Assembly (NCBI GenBank): GCA_965644315.1
Contig: CBFFRQ010000045.1
Location: forward strand, 24,093 to 88,092
DNA length: 64,000 bases
Direction: 5' to 3'
DNA from: Caecitellus pseudoparvulus
Lineage: Eukaryota > Protista > Bigyra: Bicosoecida
Each line of letters opens with the position of its first letter. The stretch's first letter is position 1. A program made the translations under genes and the position numbers. The notes below the pieces were generated by a model. It was not told the DNA's origin and ran no database searches. It was given only the letters and a program-made list of their open reading frames with translations. This document shows positions 10,578 to 21,058 of this stretch, in pieces.

Positions 10578-11549
10578 ATGGCTGATGGCAGCGACAGTCA
10601 GTCAGTGTTGGTGCAATGGAAGGCTGCATGCGACGGTGAACAAGCTGATGTGCTGTTAAGCGTGCTGCAGGAGTGTGGTGGTGGTGCTGATGCGGGTCTG
10701 GAAGGACTGTCAAGGGAAGATACGACCGCTGGCTTCATGGTTGCTTGTAAAACGGGACACATTGGACTGCTGCGTGAGCTGCTGGCGCTGGCAGGGGATC
10801 TTGCAGTGGATGTGCACGAGGGTCCGGAGGACTGTCCTGAGGCAGGGTTTCGGTTCGCTTGCCAGAATGGACACGTGGATGTGGTGCGCGAGCTGTTGTC
10901 ATTGACGGGTGATCGAGCCGTGGATGTGCACGCAGGGCTTGGGGGCGATCCTGAGTATGGCTTCCGACTTGCCTGTGTGAATGGACATGTGGACGTGGTG
11001 CGCGAGCTGCTCAAGCTGGGCGATGAACGGGAAGTGGACGTGCATGCTCCCTTCTGGGGCGAACCTGAGGCTGGCTTCCTCGGTGCCTGCGAGAAGGGGC
11101 ACGTGGATGTTCTGCGAGAGCTGCTGGCGTTGAGCGGGCATCGAGAAGTTAATGTGCATGTAGGGTCTGGTGGCACGCCAGAGGCTGGCTTCCTGGCTGC
11201 CTGTCAGTTTGGACACACTGATGTGGTTCGAGAGCTGTTGGCCCTGAGCGGGCACCGTGAAGTAGACGTCCACGTACAAGACTGGGGCGTTCCAGAAATT
11301 TGCTTTCGACGAGCCTTTCAGAATGGGCATGCAGGTGTGCTGCGTGAGCTGCTGGGCCTCACTGGCCATCGAGCCACCCCCATGCAGACACGCCTTGAGG
11401 TAGGGGAAGCAGTTGTGCAACCTGCCAAGGATGCTGTGTGGCACGGCACCAGCACAAGACAAGGCAGACGCACGATGCTGCTGCTGCGGACTTCTCGAAC
11501 GGCCAAGCTGCTCGGTCTGCTTTCTGTGCACTCCTCGGGCCGCCAATAG
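10578..11549 (+). CDS. Ankyrin-like repeat protein copy 2 (6 repeats)
   Basis: Same MADGSDS N-cap, 38-aa repeats and GTSTRQGR..MLLLR C-cap. Confidence 0.85.
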   Translation: MADGSDSQSVLVQWKAACDGEQADVLLSVLQECGGGADAGLEGLSREDTTAGFMVACKTGHIGLLRELLALAGDLAVDVHEGPEDCPEAGFRFACQNGHVDVVRELLSLTGDRAVDVHAGLGGDPEYGFRLACVNGHVDVVRELLKLGDEREVDVHAPFWGEPEAGFLGACEKGHVDVLRELLALSGHREVNVHVGSGGTPEAGFLAACQFGHTDVVRELLALSGHREVDVHVQDWGVPEICFRRAFQNGHAGVLRELLGLTGHRATPMQTRLEVGEAVVQPAKDAVWHGTSTRQGRRTMLLLRTSRTAKLLGLLSVHSSGRQ

Positions 11550-11599
11550 CACTGGATCCCGCAATACACAGCTGATTTCTCAATGCAAGGGCTACCATG

Positions 11600-14150
11600 G
11601 GAGCCATTGGTGTCCAGGGTATCCGACGTATTATTGCCTCCTCCATGTAGGAAGGTCCATGAATTAGGGTGTGCTTCTTCACCCATGGCCGGATGGGGAT
11701 TCTCAAACCACTCTTCGTGGGAATGCAGTGTAGTTCAGGCTCCGCACCCCTGCGATATGTTCACGTTGGCCAAGACGCTTGTGGCCTTTGCTTGAGTCGG
11801 TGGCAATGAGACAAGAAGTACATACTCTCCGTGCATTGTGGTGAGAGTTGAAAGGCGCTCAAGTTCAATCGACGAACTTGCTCGAGCTTGACTCTGACCC
11901 AACTTGCATGAAAAGTGGGGGCCAGTAGAAAGAGAAGCTTCGATCAATTGAAACAAGTGAAGAAGAAGCAAAAAGAAGGAAAGGCGACGAAAACGCAGCT
12001 GCATGCTCCCCAATGAAACGTATTCCGTCCGTCTTGAAATATGGCCCTTGTACAAAGGCGCCACAAGGGATGAAAGTTGATGATTGTGTCGAGACAAATG
12101 TGGGCTTCATGCCAAGAGGAGGAAACCCTTGCATGGAAACGCACTGCAAAAGTGGTGTTGCTTGGACGCGCTGCAGAGGACATACGTCGCGCAAAGTCTC
12201 GAAAATCTGTGCACGGCATGGATCCAAAAATTGTTGCTCACAATGACAGCTGAAAGTATTCCACAGTCCAGCACAGGCTTCAAAGAAGCACCATTCAAGT
12301 TCATGCATGGCATGATCTTGACATATCGATAAAGTTCTGGTTCAACAAAAGAGGACTGCAAGGTAATTATCCGTGTCTCGAATTTCTCTCATCAAAGCTG
12401 TTCCGCATGAAAGCCCATTGAGCTACAACATTGCCATGCGCAACTCATCAACAAGAATACAGATGCGACCTCTCGACACAAATGAACGACTCCAATAGAC
12501 ATTTATCTTGAATGTATGTTCAGGGCAGATCTTCCAAGCAAACTCTGATGAGGCCTTACTCGATTGGTCTTCAAAGTGAGTGTAAGCAGCAATTTCCTTC
12601 ACCACATTTTCCCTCTGAAATGACGAGAATCCGCTTGCAGAAGTCATTCTTGTCGTTCCATTCTCCTTCATCCGCAATGCGTACCAGCATAAGTTCTCGT
12701 TTATTTAAACACTTCAAGCGGTCGTGCTTGATGGAGTGAGATGAAATGTTCATGCGGCACAGTGTAGAACAAAGGAAGAACTGCATCACATTGCAGCAAC
12801 GCACAAAACGTGACTGCTCATGTGCTACCCCACAGCCATCCATAAAGCCTCTTCTGAATCGGATGTGCAAGGAAGAGTGATTTCTTTCACGCAAAGACTT
12901 CCTTCCTCATTTTCAGAGAATCTGGCTCATGAGAACTCAAGGATCTTCTGCCTCAAGCACCACAAGAATAACTCCATACTTTCATTCCTCAAGCAAGCTG
13001 CCTTGCGTTCCTCTCAGTGTTGCATCTCTATTTACATGAAGAGGTTCCCACATGATTATGCGGGGGAAGGAATTGTCATCGTTTCGGCTCTGGTGCAAAA
13101 GTGGCAGGTGATGGATGGTTTGTACTTCAAAACGTAGTGTAGATTTTTGATCGGTTTTGAGACGAGATTTGTTTCTGCCCATCTTTGCTTGAGAACGAGT
13201 CCGAATTCTTTGCAGCAGGTGCCCAACAAACTGAAGCACTGTCAGGCAGATGTGGACGCTGCTGGCTGCTCGTAGTCAAGTGATGCCGACTTCTTTGATG
13301 AAACTTGTTATCTCTTCGTGTCATCTTCGCAGTCAACGCTCAAAGGTGAACTGGACCGGTTAGGACTATGCGCCGAGTTTCCACTGTTTGACCATTTCCT
13401 TGAATTTCTGTACAAGCTCAAACATAAACGCAAAATCTGCATTGTAATTTCTGAGCAAGCGTTGAAGACAATGGTTTGTTCATCGAGGCATGCACCGTGT
13501 TCTTTCAAGGAGAGGAGTGAGTGTTTTCGCCATCTGATTCCACCATCACAGTATTTGCGCGTTCGATTTCTCATGCACTGGATGGTATCTCGAATGACTT
13601 TGCTTTCACTTCCGAGGCATAAGATACTGCAGTTGGTTTTATGTCATCAGATCGTGTGACTTGGGTTCTTGTACAAGACTCAGACTTCATACTTGCATTT
13701 GAGTCATTCTGCTTGGGAGAAGACTTGAGGTGTCGAGCGGGTAATGTGATGCAAAGGAGTCAATTAGGCCGTGCCCTTTGCTCTTACATTGCGCAGATCG
13801 CGTTTGTAAAGTTCTGTTAGAAAAGTGCCGTTTTCCTGGGACTTGCAGCCCATGGTTTTCTACGAGCGAGGTTTGCCCGAGGTGCATTCTGGGTGATTGT
13901 TGAGCGCAAAGCGGGCCAAAAGCTTTCCTCACGCCAAGGTCCTGTATTGGCAGAATTGCCACCCTCTTTCGCAGAGGCCACGAGTCCAACTTACCAGTTG
14001 AAGACCCAGCTCAGGCGTGAAGCCATAGCAACAGTGCATTTCTGCAAGAAGGGTCACGCATAGCCGAACTCTGCAAGAGGTGGGGAGAACGGCCTCTCTG
14101 GTGAACCCGCCTTTCCAGTAGAATCAACACTTTGAACGTCATGAGAGAAC
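11600..14150. other. Low-GC island without recognisable coding sequence
   Basis: Sampled 60-bp lines give ~40-42% GC versus ~65-70% in flanking genes. Only short ORFs with no recognisable motifs. Confidence 0.75.
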
Positions 14151-15249
14151 ACACTTGCCCAGTTGTTGGTACCACAGCTGTGTTGCAGGAGGCCAGTGCT
14201 TGCGGCAACTCCAGGAGTGGACAGGACGTATCCCGGGTGTCTAGGCTGGTCGAGCACCCCATAGCAGCAGCATGGCCTTGCGACCCTGTCGAGTGCCTGT
14301 GCCGTGCCAGACGGCATCTCTGGCTGCCTGCACAGCAACCCCTCCGGCCTCAAGGCGTGCCTGCAGCGGAATGGCTCGATGACCAGTTAGGCCCAGCAGC
14401 TCACGCACAACATCCAAGTGCCCGTTGCGGCAGGCAAGCCAGAAACCAGCCTCAGGCATGCCCTGGTATGCAGCATGTACGTCAACCTCACGATGCCCGC
14501 TCAGCGCCAAAAGGTCAAGCACAACTGCAACATGACCAAACTGACACGCAAGTCTGAACCCGTGCTCTTGATCTCCCCTACTTGCCGCATGCACGTCAAC
14601 CTCACGAGCACCAGTCAAAGCCAGCAGTTCGCGCACGACATCTGCATGCCCTGCCTTGCATGCGAGCCGGAAGCCAGCCTCTGGCTCACCATCGGACCCG
14701 GCATGTACATCCACGGCTCGATCACCCGTCAGAGCCAGAAGCTCGCGCACCACACCCAGATGGCCATTCTCACAGGCGAGCTGAAAACCAGCCTCAGAGT
14801 CGCTCTCGAATCCAGCATGCACATCCACGGCTCGATCACCCGTCAGAGCCAGAAGCTCACGCACCACCTCCAGATGGCCACTCTCGCATGCGGCCTGGAA
14901 GCCGTACACGGGCTCACCCTCAACCCCAACACACACGTCTACCTCACGATCGCCAGTCAAGGCCAGCAGCTCGCGCAGCACACCCACATGCCCATTCTCA
15001 CAGGCAAGCTGAAAACCAGCCTCTGGCATGCCCCCACGCGCAGCATGCACATCCACAGCTCGGGCGCCTTTCAGATTCAACAGATCTCGCACCACACCCA
15101 CATGACCATTTGCACAGGCAAGTCGGAAGCCAGCCCCAGGCCCATCCTGATCTCCAGTGTGCGCATCCACCGTCAGCTCCCCCTCCAACGCCAACAGCGC
15201 ACGTAGCAGCCCAACATGCCCCGTCTTGCACGCGACCACAAAGCCAGCC

Positions 15250-15416
15250 GTTCTGCTGGACGCTCGAGCGGGTGGTGTGGTGTTTTGAATGCATTGTTGC
15301 CAATGCATCCTTGCCGGACCGCCCGACACCACGGTGACCCCGCGCTCGGCACCGGCGTGCCGCAGTCGGCGGGGTCCCGTACCCGGTGGCCCCAGGGTGT
15401 CAAGGCGTCCATCCCA
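15250..15416 (-). repeat. Ngaro split direct repeat B2 (element 3' end)
   Basis: Copy of B1 at the element terminus. Confidence 0.93.
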
Positions 15417-15434
15417 AGGAGGGAAGAAGGAAAA

Positions 15435-15603
15435 AAAAGAAAAAGGAAGCGGGCGAAGTCAGGGAGGAAGGTTAGAGGGGGCATCGACGTGAGGGTCTGA
15501 GGATGGGAGGCGAGGTGAAGAGTGCGCCCCAGGCGACACTGCCCCGCCTCCCTCCCTGCAGAACCCCCGCTTGCCACCCCCTGCGGGGGAGGCAACAGCA
15601 GTT
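15435..15603 (-). repeat. Ngaro split direct repeat A2
   Basis: Copy of A1, abutting B1 at GTT 15601-15603. Confidence 0.93.
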
Positions 15604-15767
15604 CTGCTGGACGCTCGAGCGGGTGGTGTGGTGTTTTGAATGCATTGTTGCCAATGCATCCTTGCCGGACCGCCCGACACCACGGTGACCCCGCGCTCGG
15701 CACCGGCGTGCCGCAGTCGGCGGGGTCCCGTACCCGGTGGCCCCAGGGTGTCAAGGCGTCCATCCCA
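15601..15767 (-). repeat. Ngaro split direct repeat B1 (167 bp)
   Basis: Identical by eye to 15250-15416. Confidence 0.93.
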
Positions 15768-16962
15768 CATCATTCACCCTTGCACCCAGCCCCCCTCGGG
15801 GGGGCCACTGGCCGTGGTTGGCCATCGGTCGGCGCAGGGGAGGGCGATCTTCGCCTCTCCTCTCCTTGGCCGTGCGGTGCCGGACGAAGGGGTGGGGCTC
15901 AGGGACCCGGTCCTCTGAGTACCCCTCCCCCTGTGTTATGCCCCTCGCCCGCGAAGCAGCCTCGCTGCGGCCCGGATCTTGAGTAGGCAGCCTGTTGCCC
16001 AGCATGGCGTCCCGAAGCAGACTGTGTCCTACCCCGGACCGACCCCAGTAGCAGAGGCTAGGAACGTTCGAGGTCGGGGCCCACCCTCCCTGTTGGTGGA
16101 TGGCCGCCGCTGGGAGCCCTTGCTGGACCCAGAACCTGTGGCCGCCTGGCCGCAGGCCTCCGAGGCCGACTCCGGTGTGCATCTTCAGCGCTGCGGTTAT
16201 GTCCGCCCCGTCCTGGGACGATAGCACCCGACCTTTTCCTCGGGTTGCCTCTGCCCTGAGGTGGTCGAACGCGCGCGCCCACTCTGGGGACCTGGGGACG
16301 GACCATTGCCTGTCCCGGTGGTGATGTGTCTTGTCCCCATGCCTGCCCGTCACCACCCATACGCCGTCACGTCTTGTAAAGGTGAGGTCGGCCCATTCCA
16401 GGTGCAGCAGCTCGCCAGCGCGCATCATGGCCCAGAACCCAATCAGCAGGCAGGCTTGTAGCTTTGGGCGTCCGCCCAGAGCGTCCACCGTTTTACGAAG
16501 CTTGCTCATAGGCACGTGTTCACGGTGCTGCACAGGCGGGCTCGGTTTCATCCGGGCCAGCGCCTTCGTAAGCTTGGTGAGCGTCATGCCCACTCTGCTC
16601 AGGTTCTCGACTGGGATGCACCATGAGTTCGCGGCGGCCAGCAGGGCCTTGAGCTTGCCGCCGGCCGACCGTGACGAGCAGGCTCCCGTCGTCACTTGGT
16701 GTCGGGCCCACTCGATAACCTTGCTCGCCCGCAACGGGCCCGGCGCCCTCGGTCCTCTATGTTCCCCGCGTGTACAGAAGCGCAGGAAGGACGCTAGGAG
16801 CCTGGCGTACTTCTGTTGCGTCCGTGGTGCTAAGCTGTGCCGAATACAGCTTCCGACGCCATTTAGCGGGATGGCCCGAACGAGCCGCGCTAGTTGCTCT
16901 TCCTTGACGACGATCCACCCTGCGTGAGGAGGAGGGCTGCCTGTTCGGCTGTCGTGACGCAG
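15751..16962 (-). CDS. Ngaro tyrosine recombinase
   Basis: N-terminal LAPRTQQKYARLLASFLRFC; catalytic R (MMRAGEL), K (DKT), GLR..G, GGW and Y (SLCY). Frame open from 16962, overlapping the RT/RH end. Confidence 0.88.
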   Translation of the reverse strand: MRHDSRTGSPPPHAGWIVVKEEQLARLVRAIPLNGVGSCIRHSLAPRTQQKYARLLASFLRFCTRGEHRGPRAPGPLRASKVIEWARHQVTTGACSSRSAGGKLKALLAAANSWCIPVENLSRVGMTLTKLTKALARMKPSPPVQHREHVPMSKLRKTVDALGGRPKLQACLLIGFWAMMRAGELLHLEWADLTFTRRDGVWVVTGRHGDKTHHHRDRQWSVPRSPEWARAFDHLRAEATRGKGRVLSSQDGADITAALKMHTGVGLGGLRPGGHRFWVQQGLPAAAIHQQGGWAPTSNVPSLCYWGRSGVGHSLLRDAMLGNRLPTQDPGRSEAASRARGITQGEGYSEDRVPEPHPFVRHRTAKERRGEDRPPLRRPMANHGQWPPRGGLGARVNDVGWTP

Positions 16963-19067
16963 TCAACGAGGTCGCCTGGGCCGCTCGCGCGCGCGTCTGG
17001 GTTAAGGACGACCCACTCAGTGGTTTGGTCGGTCGGCGATGTCTCTGCTTCCAGATTCAGGTCTACCATAGCGGCGGGAGGGGATCCCAGCCCGGAGGGA
17101 TCCACGGTCTCCGGGTGAGAGAGGCGGTCCGCCTGCCAATTCAACCACCGCCTCTCCCACCGAGCGACGAGGCGAATCCGCAGGCGCCTCTGCGCTAGGG
17201 CGAGGCAACGACAAAACTCAGTCATCGTTTCCGAACGGAGACTATAGCCGCGCTGGTGGATGGCCGCCGCGGCCCGTGAATCCACCACTGACTCCAGAAG
17301 AACCGGTGTACCGGGGCGCAGGCGATCCCGCACCATGCCGGCCGCCACGACCTGCCAGAACAGAGCCGCTACCTCCCAGGTCGTGGAGAGGCCGGAGGTA
17401 CGCAGCGTTCCCGGAGCGGAGCCGGCGACGCGCCGCGTCCAGGCCCAAGCCGTGGCCCTGGTGCCACCGGCCGAGCGGTGCACGGTAAGAAACCCTCCCA
17501 TGCCCCCGTCGCCTGCCGCGTCTGTCGCTCCGAACAGGGTAAGGCGGGAGTCGGTCGCGATAGGGACGGCGTCCCGAAGCAGGCGCGGGGCGTGGGGGAA
17601 CTGCAGTTGTTGTGCGAACCATTCGAGGGCCGCCAGGGCCGAGCGGGGGATGTTCAGGGGTCGTGACCAGCTCGTAAAGCGAAAGGCCGGCTCCCCCATA
17701 GCACGGTAGAGGGGGGCGAGCCGCGCCCGACCCTCTGTCATCAGTTCCGCGGGGCGACGAAGCTGCGAGGTGAGGGCTGCGAAAGCGCGCTTCCGGAGCC
17801 CCCGAGTGTCGCTGTGCAGGCGCTCGACCACCAGCTCCAGTGCCACTGCGAGGAAGACTCGCTTGTGTTCCGGGAACCGGACCGCGACCCCCGCGGGCTG
17901 CGCCGAGAGGTGAAAGCCCAAGTAGTCAACCTCAGACGCCGGCCCCTGTAGCTTGGGCGCGCTTAGCCCCAGCCCCAGCAGGTGGAAACAATCCTTTACA
18001 CCCTGCAGCACCTCGGCAGCCCGGTCTCGTGGGCTCGCCACCAGCAGGTCATCCATGTAGACCATGACCGCCGCCGAAGGGAAACGGGCCCGCAGAGTCT
18101 GTGCCAGCAGACCGGAGACCAAGCAGAAGACGAAGGGAGCCGCGGCCCACCCGAACGGGACGCGGCGCAACTCAAGAGGAGAAGTCCCGTCCCCGACCAT
18201 GGTAAAGCGCCAGGCCGCGCGGGGGGCCACTGGGATGGTGGTGAACCCGTCCTTCACGTCTGCCACGATAAGCTGTTTGCCGCCCCCGACGCTGCACAAC
18301 CACTCGGCCAGCGTCGGGTACACAAAGGGGATGCTGGCGGTGACGGCATTGACCGCAGCCAGGTCGAACACGACCCGGTCCTTCCGGGCGCATAGCGAGG
18401 AGGGCGGCTGAGCAGACTTGGCCCCGGTGACGAAGTCGACTGCCTCGCGGGGACACGACTCAGCCCAACGCCTCAGGCGGTCGGGGCAGTCGGGCTCCGG
18501 GTTGAGGGACCACTTGGAGACCACGAACGCGGAAGCTACTGGAACCCCTTGGCGTCTCCTGGCGCGCATGTCCGCCGCGTCGAGAGGGACCGCCACCTCA
18601 TCGCGCAACAACTGGGCGAAGCGATCCGCCAACGCCCGACGCTCCCGAGCCAGCACGCTGTAGGGCCTCTCCACTGAAAGCCGCCGGGGGGGGGGTGCTA
18701 CCATGAGGTCTCCGGGATCCACGCCCTCCGTGGACACCCAGACGATGACCCGGGCGGCCGGGCATCGCTGCAGCTGGGCTGCTACCCGGGAATCCCGCCC
18801 GCACACAGGGCACAACGTGCAGTGCGCCTGCCAGCACCCGACCGGGTCCAGAAGGCCGACCCGCCGTGGACGCGCTGCTGCCGCCAGCAGCTGTTCGAAA
18901 AGCCGCTGCGGGCGGAGCGAGGTCCCCCGTCCACAGGCCCGTATGACAGCCTCTAAGACGAAGGCCATCGCCAGGTGGTTGTCTGCCCGGGGGGCTGCGC
19001 TCTTCCAGAGATCGGGAGGGGTCTCCGGCACTGGCCAGCGGCAACGAACCCCCCGGGCGGCGAGTTC
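16890..19067 (-). CDS. Ngaro reverse transcriptase / RNase H
   Basis: RT: RVVFDL, DVKDGF, VPFGWAAAP, YMDD, YLGF. DIRS-type RNase H: TDAAGDGGMGG, E (WEV), VDS, NWQADRLS. First in-frame ATG is at 18968. Confidence 0.92.
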   Translation of the reverse strand, partial: ELAARGVRCRWPVPETPPDLWKSAAPRADNHLAMAFVLEAVIRACGRGTSLRPQRLFEQLLAAAARPRRVGLLDPVGCWQAHCTLCPVCGRDSRVAAQLQRCPAARVIVWVSTEGVDPGDLMVAPPPRRLSVERPYSVLARERRALADRFAQLLRDEVAVPLDAADMRARRRQGVPVASAFVVSKWSLNPEPDCPDRLRRWAESCPREAVDFVTGAKSAQPPSSLCARKDRVVFDLAAVNAVTASIPFVYPTLAEWLCSVGGGKQLIVADVKDGFTTIPVAPRAAWRFTMVGDGTSPLELRRVPFGWAAAPFVFCLVSGLLAQTLRARFPSAAVMVYMDDLLVASPRDRAAEVLQGVKDCFHLLGLGLSAPKLQGPASEVDYLGFHLSAQPAGVAVRFPEHKRVFLAVALELVVERLHSDTRGLRKRAFAALTSQLRRPAELMTEGRARLAPLYRAMGEPAFRFTSWSRPLNIPRSALAALEWFAQQLQFPHAPRLLRDAVPIATDSRLTLFGATDAAGDGGMGGFLTVHRSAGGTRATAWAWTRRVAGSAPGTLRTSGLSTTWEVAALFWQVVAAGMVRDRLRPGTPVLLESVVDSRAAAAIHQRGYSLRSETMTEFCRCLALAQRRLRIRLVARWERRWLNWQADRLSHPETVDPSGLGSPPAAMVDLNLEAETSPTDQTTEWVVLNPDARASGPGDLVDCVTTAEQAALLLTQGGSSSRKSN

Positions 19068-21055
19068 CTATGCGCGGACACGTTCGAGGAGAAGGCCGAG
19101 CTTAGGTTCGCGCTTCGCGTACTCTCGCGCGAACTCACCGCCTTTGCTCCGCATCTTGGCACGGACGCGTCGGAGGAGAATAGTGAGGGCCTCCTCCTGG
19201 CCGCTGGCCTCCCCACCCCGCACGAGGGCCTGAACCTTCTCGCGTAGGCCTGGACAATCCTCGAGCGCATGTGTAGCGCACCTGGAAGAACAAGCCGTGC
19301 ACCAAACGAAAGTGCGCGGGTCGTCGGCACCGAGTGGGGACCCCCTTCCCGGGCCGGCCACGTCGGCCGAGCCTCGGGGGGGCCGGCGCCCGCCCCTGGT
19401 GCCCTCGGCCGGTTGTGCCTCGGACCGGCGAGGGCGGGGAGACGGTGGCGGGGGTGCCGAGTGTGCCGCCGCCCCTTCCACCGCTATTTGGTGCAGCAGA
19501 GCAGAACGAGAGCTGGGGGCGACGGGGAGAAGGAGCGCTGACTCTGTCCTGATGGAGTCGGCCCACATCGCCGCCAAGCGCGCATCCGAGTCGGGGATCC
19601 GCGAGGCGCGCTTGCTACCCGCCATCGCCACCAGGCCCTCCAATGCGATGGAGATCCAAACAATGAGCGAAAGCATCCTTCTCCAACCTCGCGTGTCCGC
19701 GAACATGAGACTGTCCGGGAGCAGCCAGACTGTGTCGAGCCATGCCCGGAGCATGTCCGCGGTGGTGCGACAGTCCAGAATCCTCCCCAGCAAGGACGCT
19801 AAGACGGACCGGCCCTTATAGCTGCCCATCATGACGCAGCGCAGCAGGGCGCCGCGTTCACAGCCGGCCCGCAGCACTTCTGTGTCCAGGACGACACGGA
19901 CGCCACCGTCCTCCCCCGCCACGAAGTCCGTGACCAGCATGAGCCCTTCGTCCATCGAAATCCCAGACGCGTCCAGGTCCGTCCCGTGTAAGGGGCGCTG
20001 TACCCAGTCTGGAAGCGTAGACAACGCGCGAGCGGGGGGGGCGGGCAGACCTGCGCATAAGAACGCACCGGTATCCATCGGGCCCGACGGCTTGGTCGGG
20101 CCGGTCCTGCAGAAGTCCAACATGCAAGCAGCTATTGGAGCGATTACCGACGCGCCCTGACGCTCCGGGAACACCCGACCCAATGCGGCGAGGAGCTGGC
20201 GCAACTCGTTGTCGTCGTCTCCGGGGTACGCGGCGACCCAGCGCCATGCGCCTAGCCTGAGCAAGACCGAATCCTGAGGGACGTCGGGAAAAGTACTCGC
20301 AATGCTGAGCGCTTCCGCCCCATCCGGCAGACCACCCGCGCCTGCCAGGGGCGGTGGCGCGACTTGGGGCGTGTCTGAGGATGCAGTGCCCCCTCCTCGA
20401 CACCGGCAGCCTCCGCGGTCGGCACGGAGGCCGGTTTCTCAACTTGCACATTGGCCGGTGTGCCAGCTGACTCCCAGCCCCGCCAACCTTCCTCCCCCTC
20501 GTTCCAAGGAAAGAAGGCCGGACGTTTTGCCGCTGGTTCATCCAACCAGCCGCTATCCTTGCAGTGCTGTTCCAGGTCCTCCACAGTTACCTCCGGGGGC
20601 AGCTGGCACGCCGTCTTCCAGGCGGCCAGCTTCTCGGGGGACCAGGTTCGCCAGCCCCGCTGGGGGTCACAAGCGAACCTGGCACAGGTCCGGACGGCCT
20701 GAGCGCGGTCCACGCCCTCCGGCAAGGTCTCGGGAGGAACCAGGAACAATGCAAGCGCCTCTTCAGGCGAGTGCGGCAGGGGGGCGGCCGAAGGCGCCGG
20801 AGCCGGCGCGCTAGCGCGCCGGCGGCTAGCCGCCCGCTCCACCGCCTCCATGAACCGCTCCTTCCCGTCCTCCCCCCCCAGGCGCCGCAGCCGATAGTGC
20901 TTCCCTACGGAACGCACATCGGCAAGGAGCGCCGAGGTCTGGACCCAGGTCCGTATGACCTCGACCTCGTACGACGCCACCAGGCCTTTCAGGGACGAGA
21001 ACCGGAGAAGGTCCTCGACCCTAGCCAGGGGGGGTAGCGGGGCAGGGGCGGCCAT
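19068..21055 (-). CDS. Ngaro ORF1, putative Gag-like protein (two overlapping frames, -1 shift probably near 20390)
   Basis: ATG immediately after A1. Second frame open from 20438 to TAG 19068-19070. C-terminal CxxC..H...C knuckle-like motif (CTACSSRCATHALEDC). Confidence 0.65.
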
Positions 21056-21058
21056 GGC

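Noticed and set aside
15250-15767. Tandem duplication or misassembly at the element end
   Set aside because: The B-A-B pattern with a matching A at the far end is the expected Ngaro structure, and the junctions reconstruct the empty site exactly.
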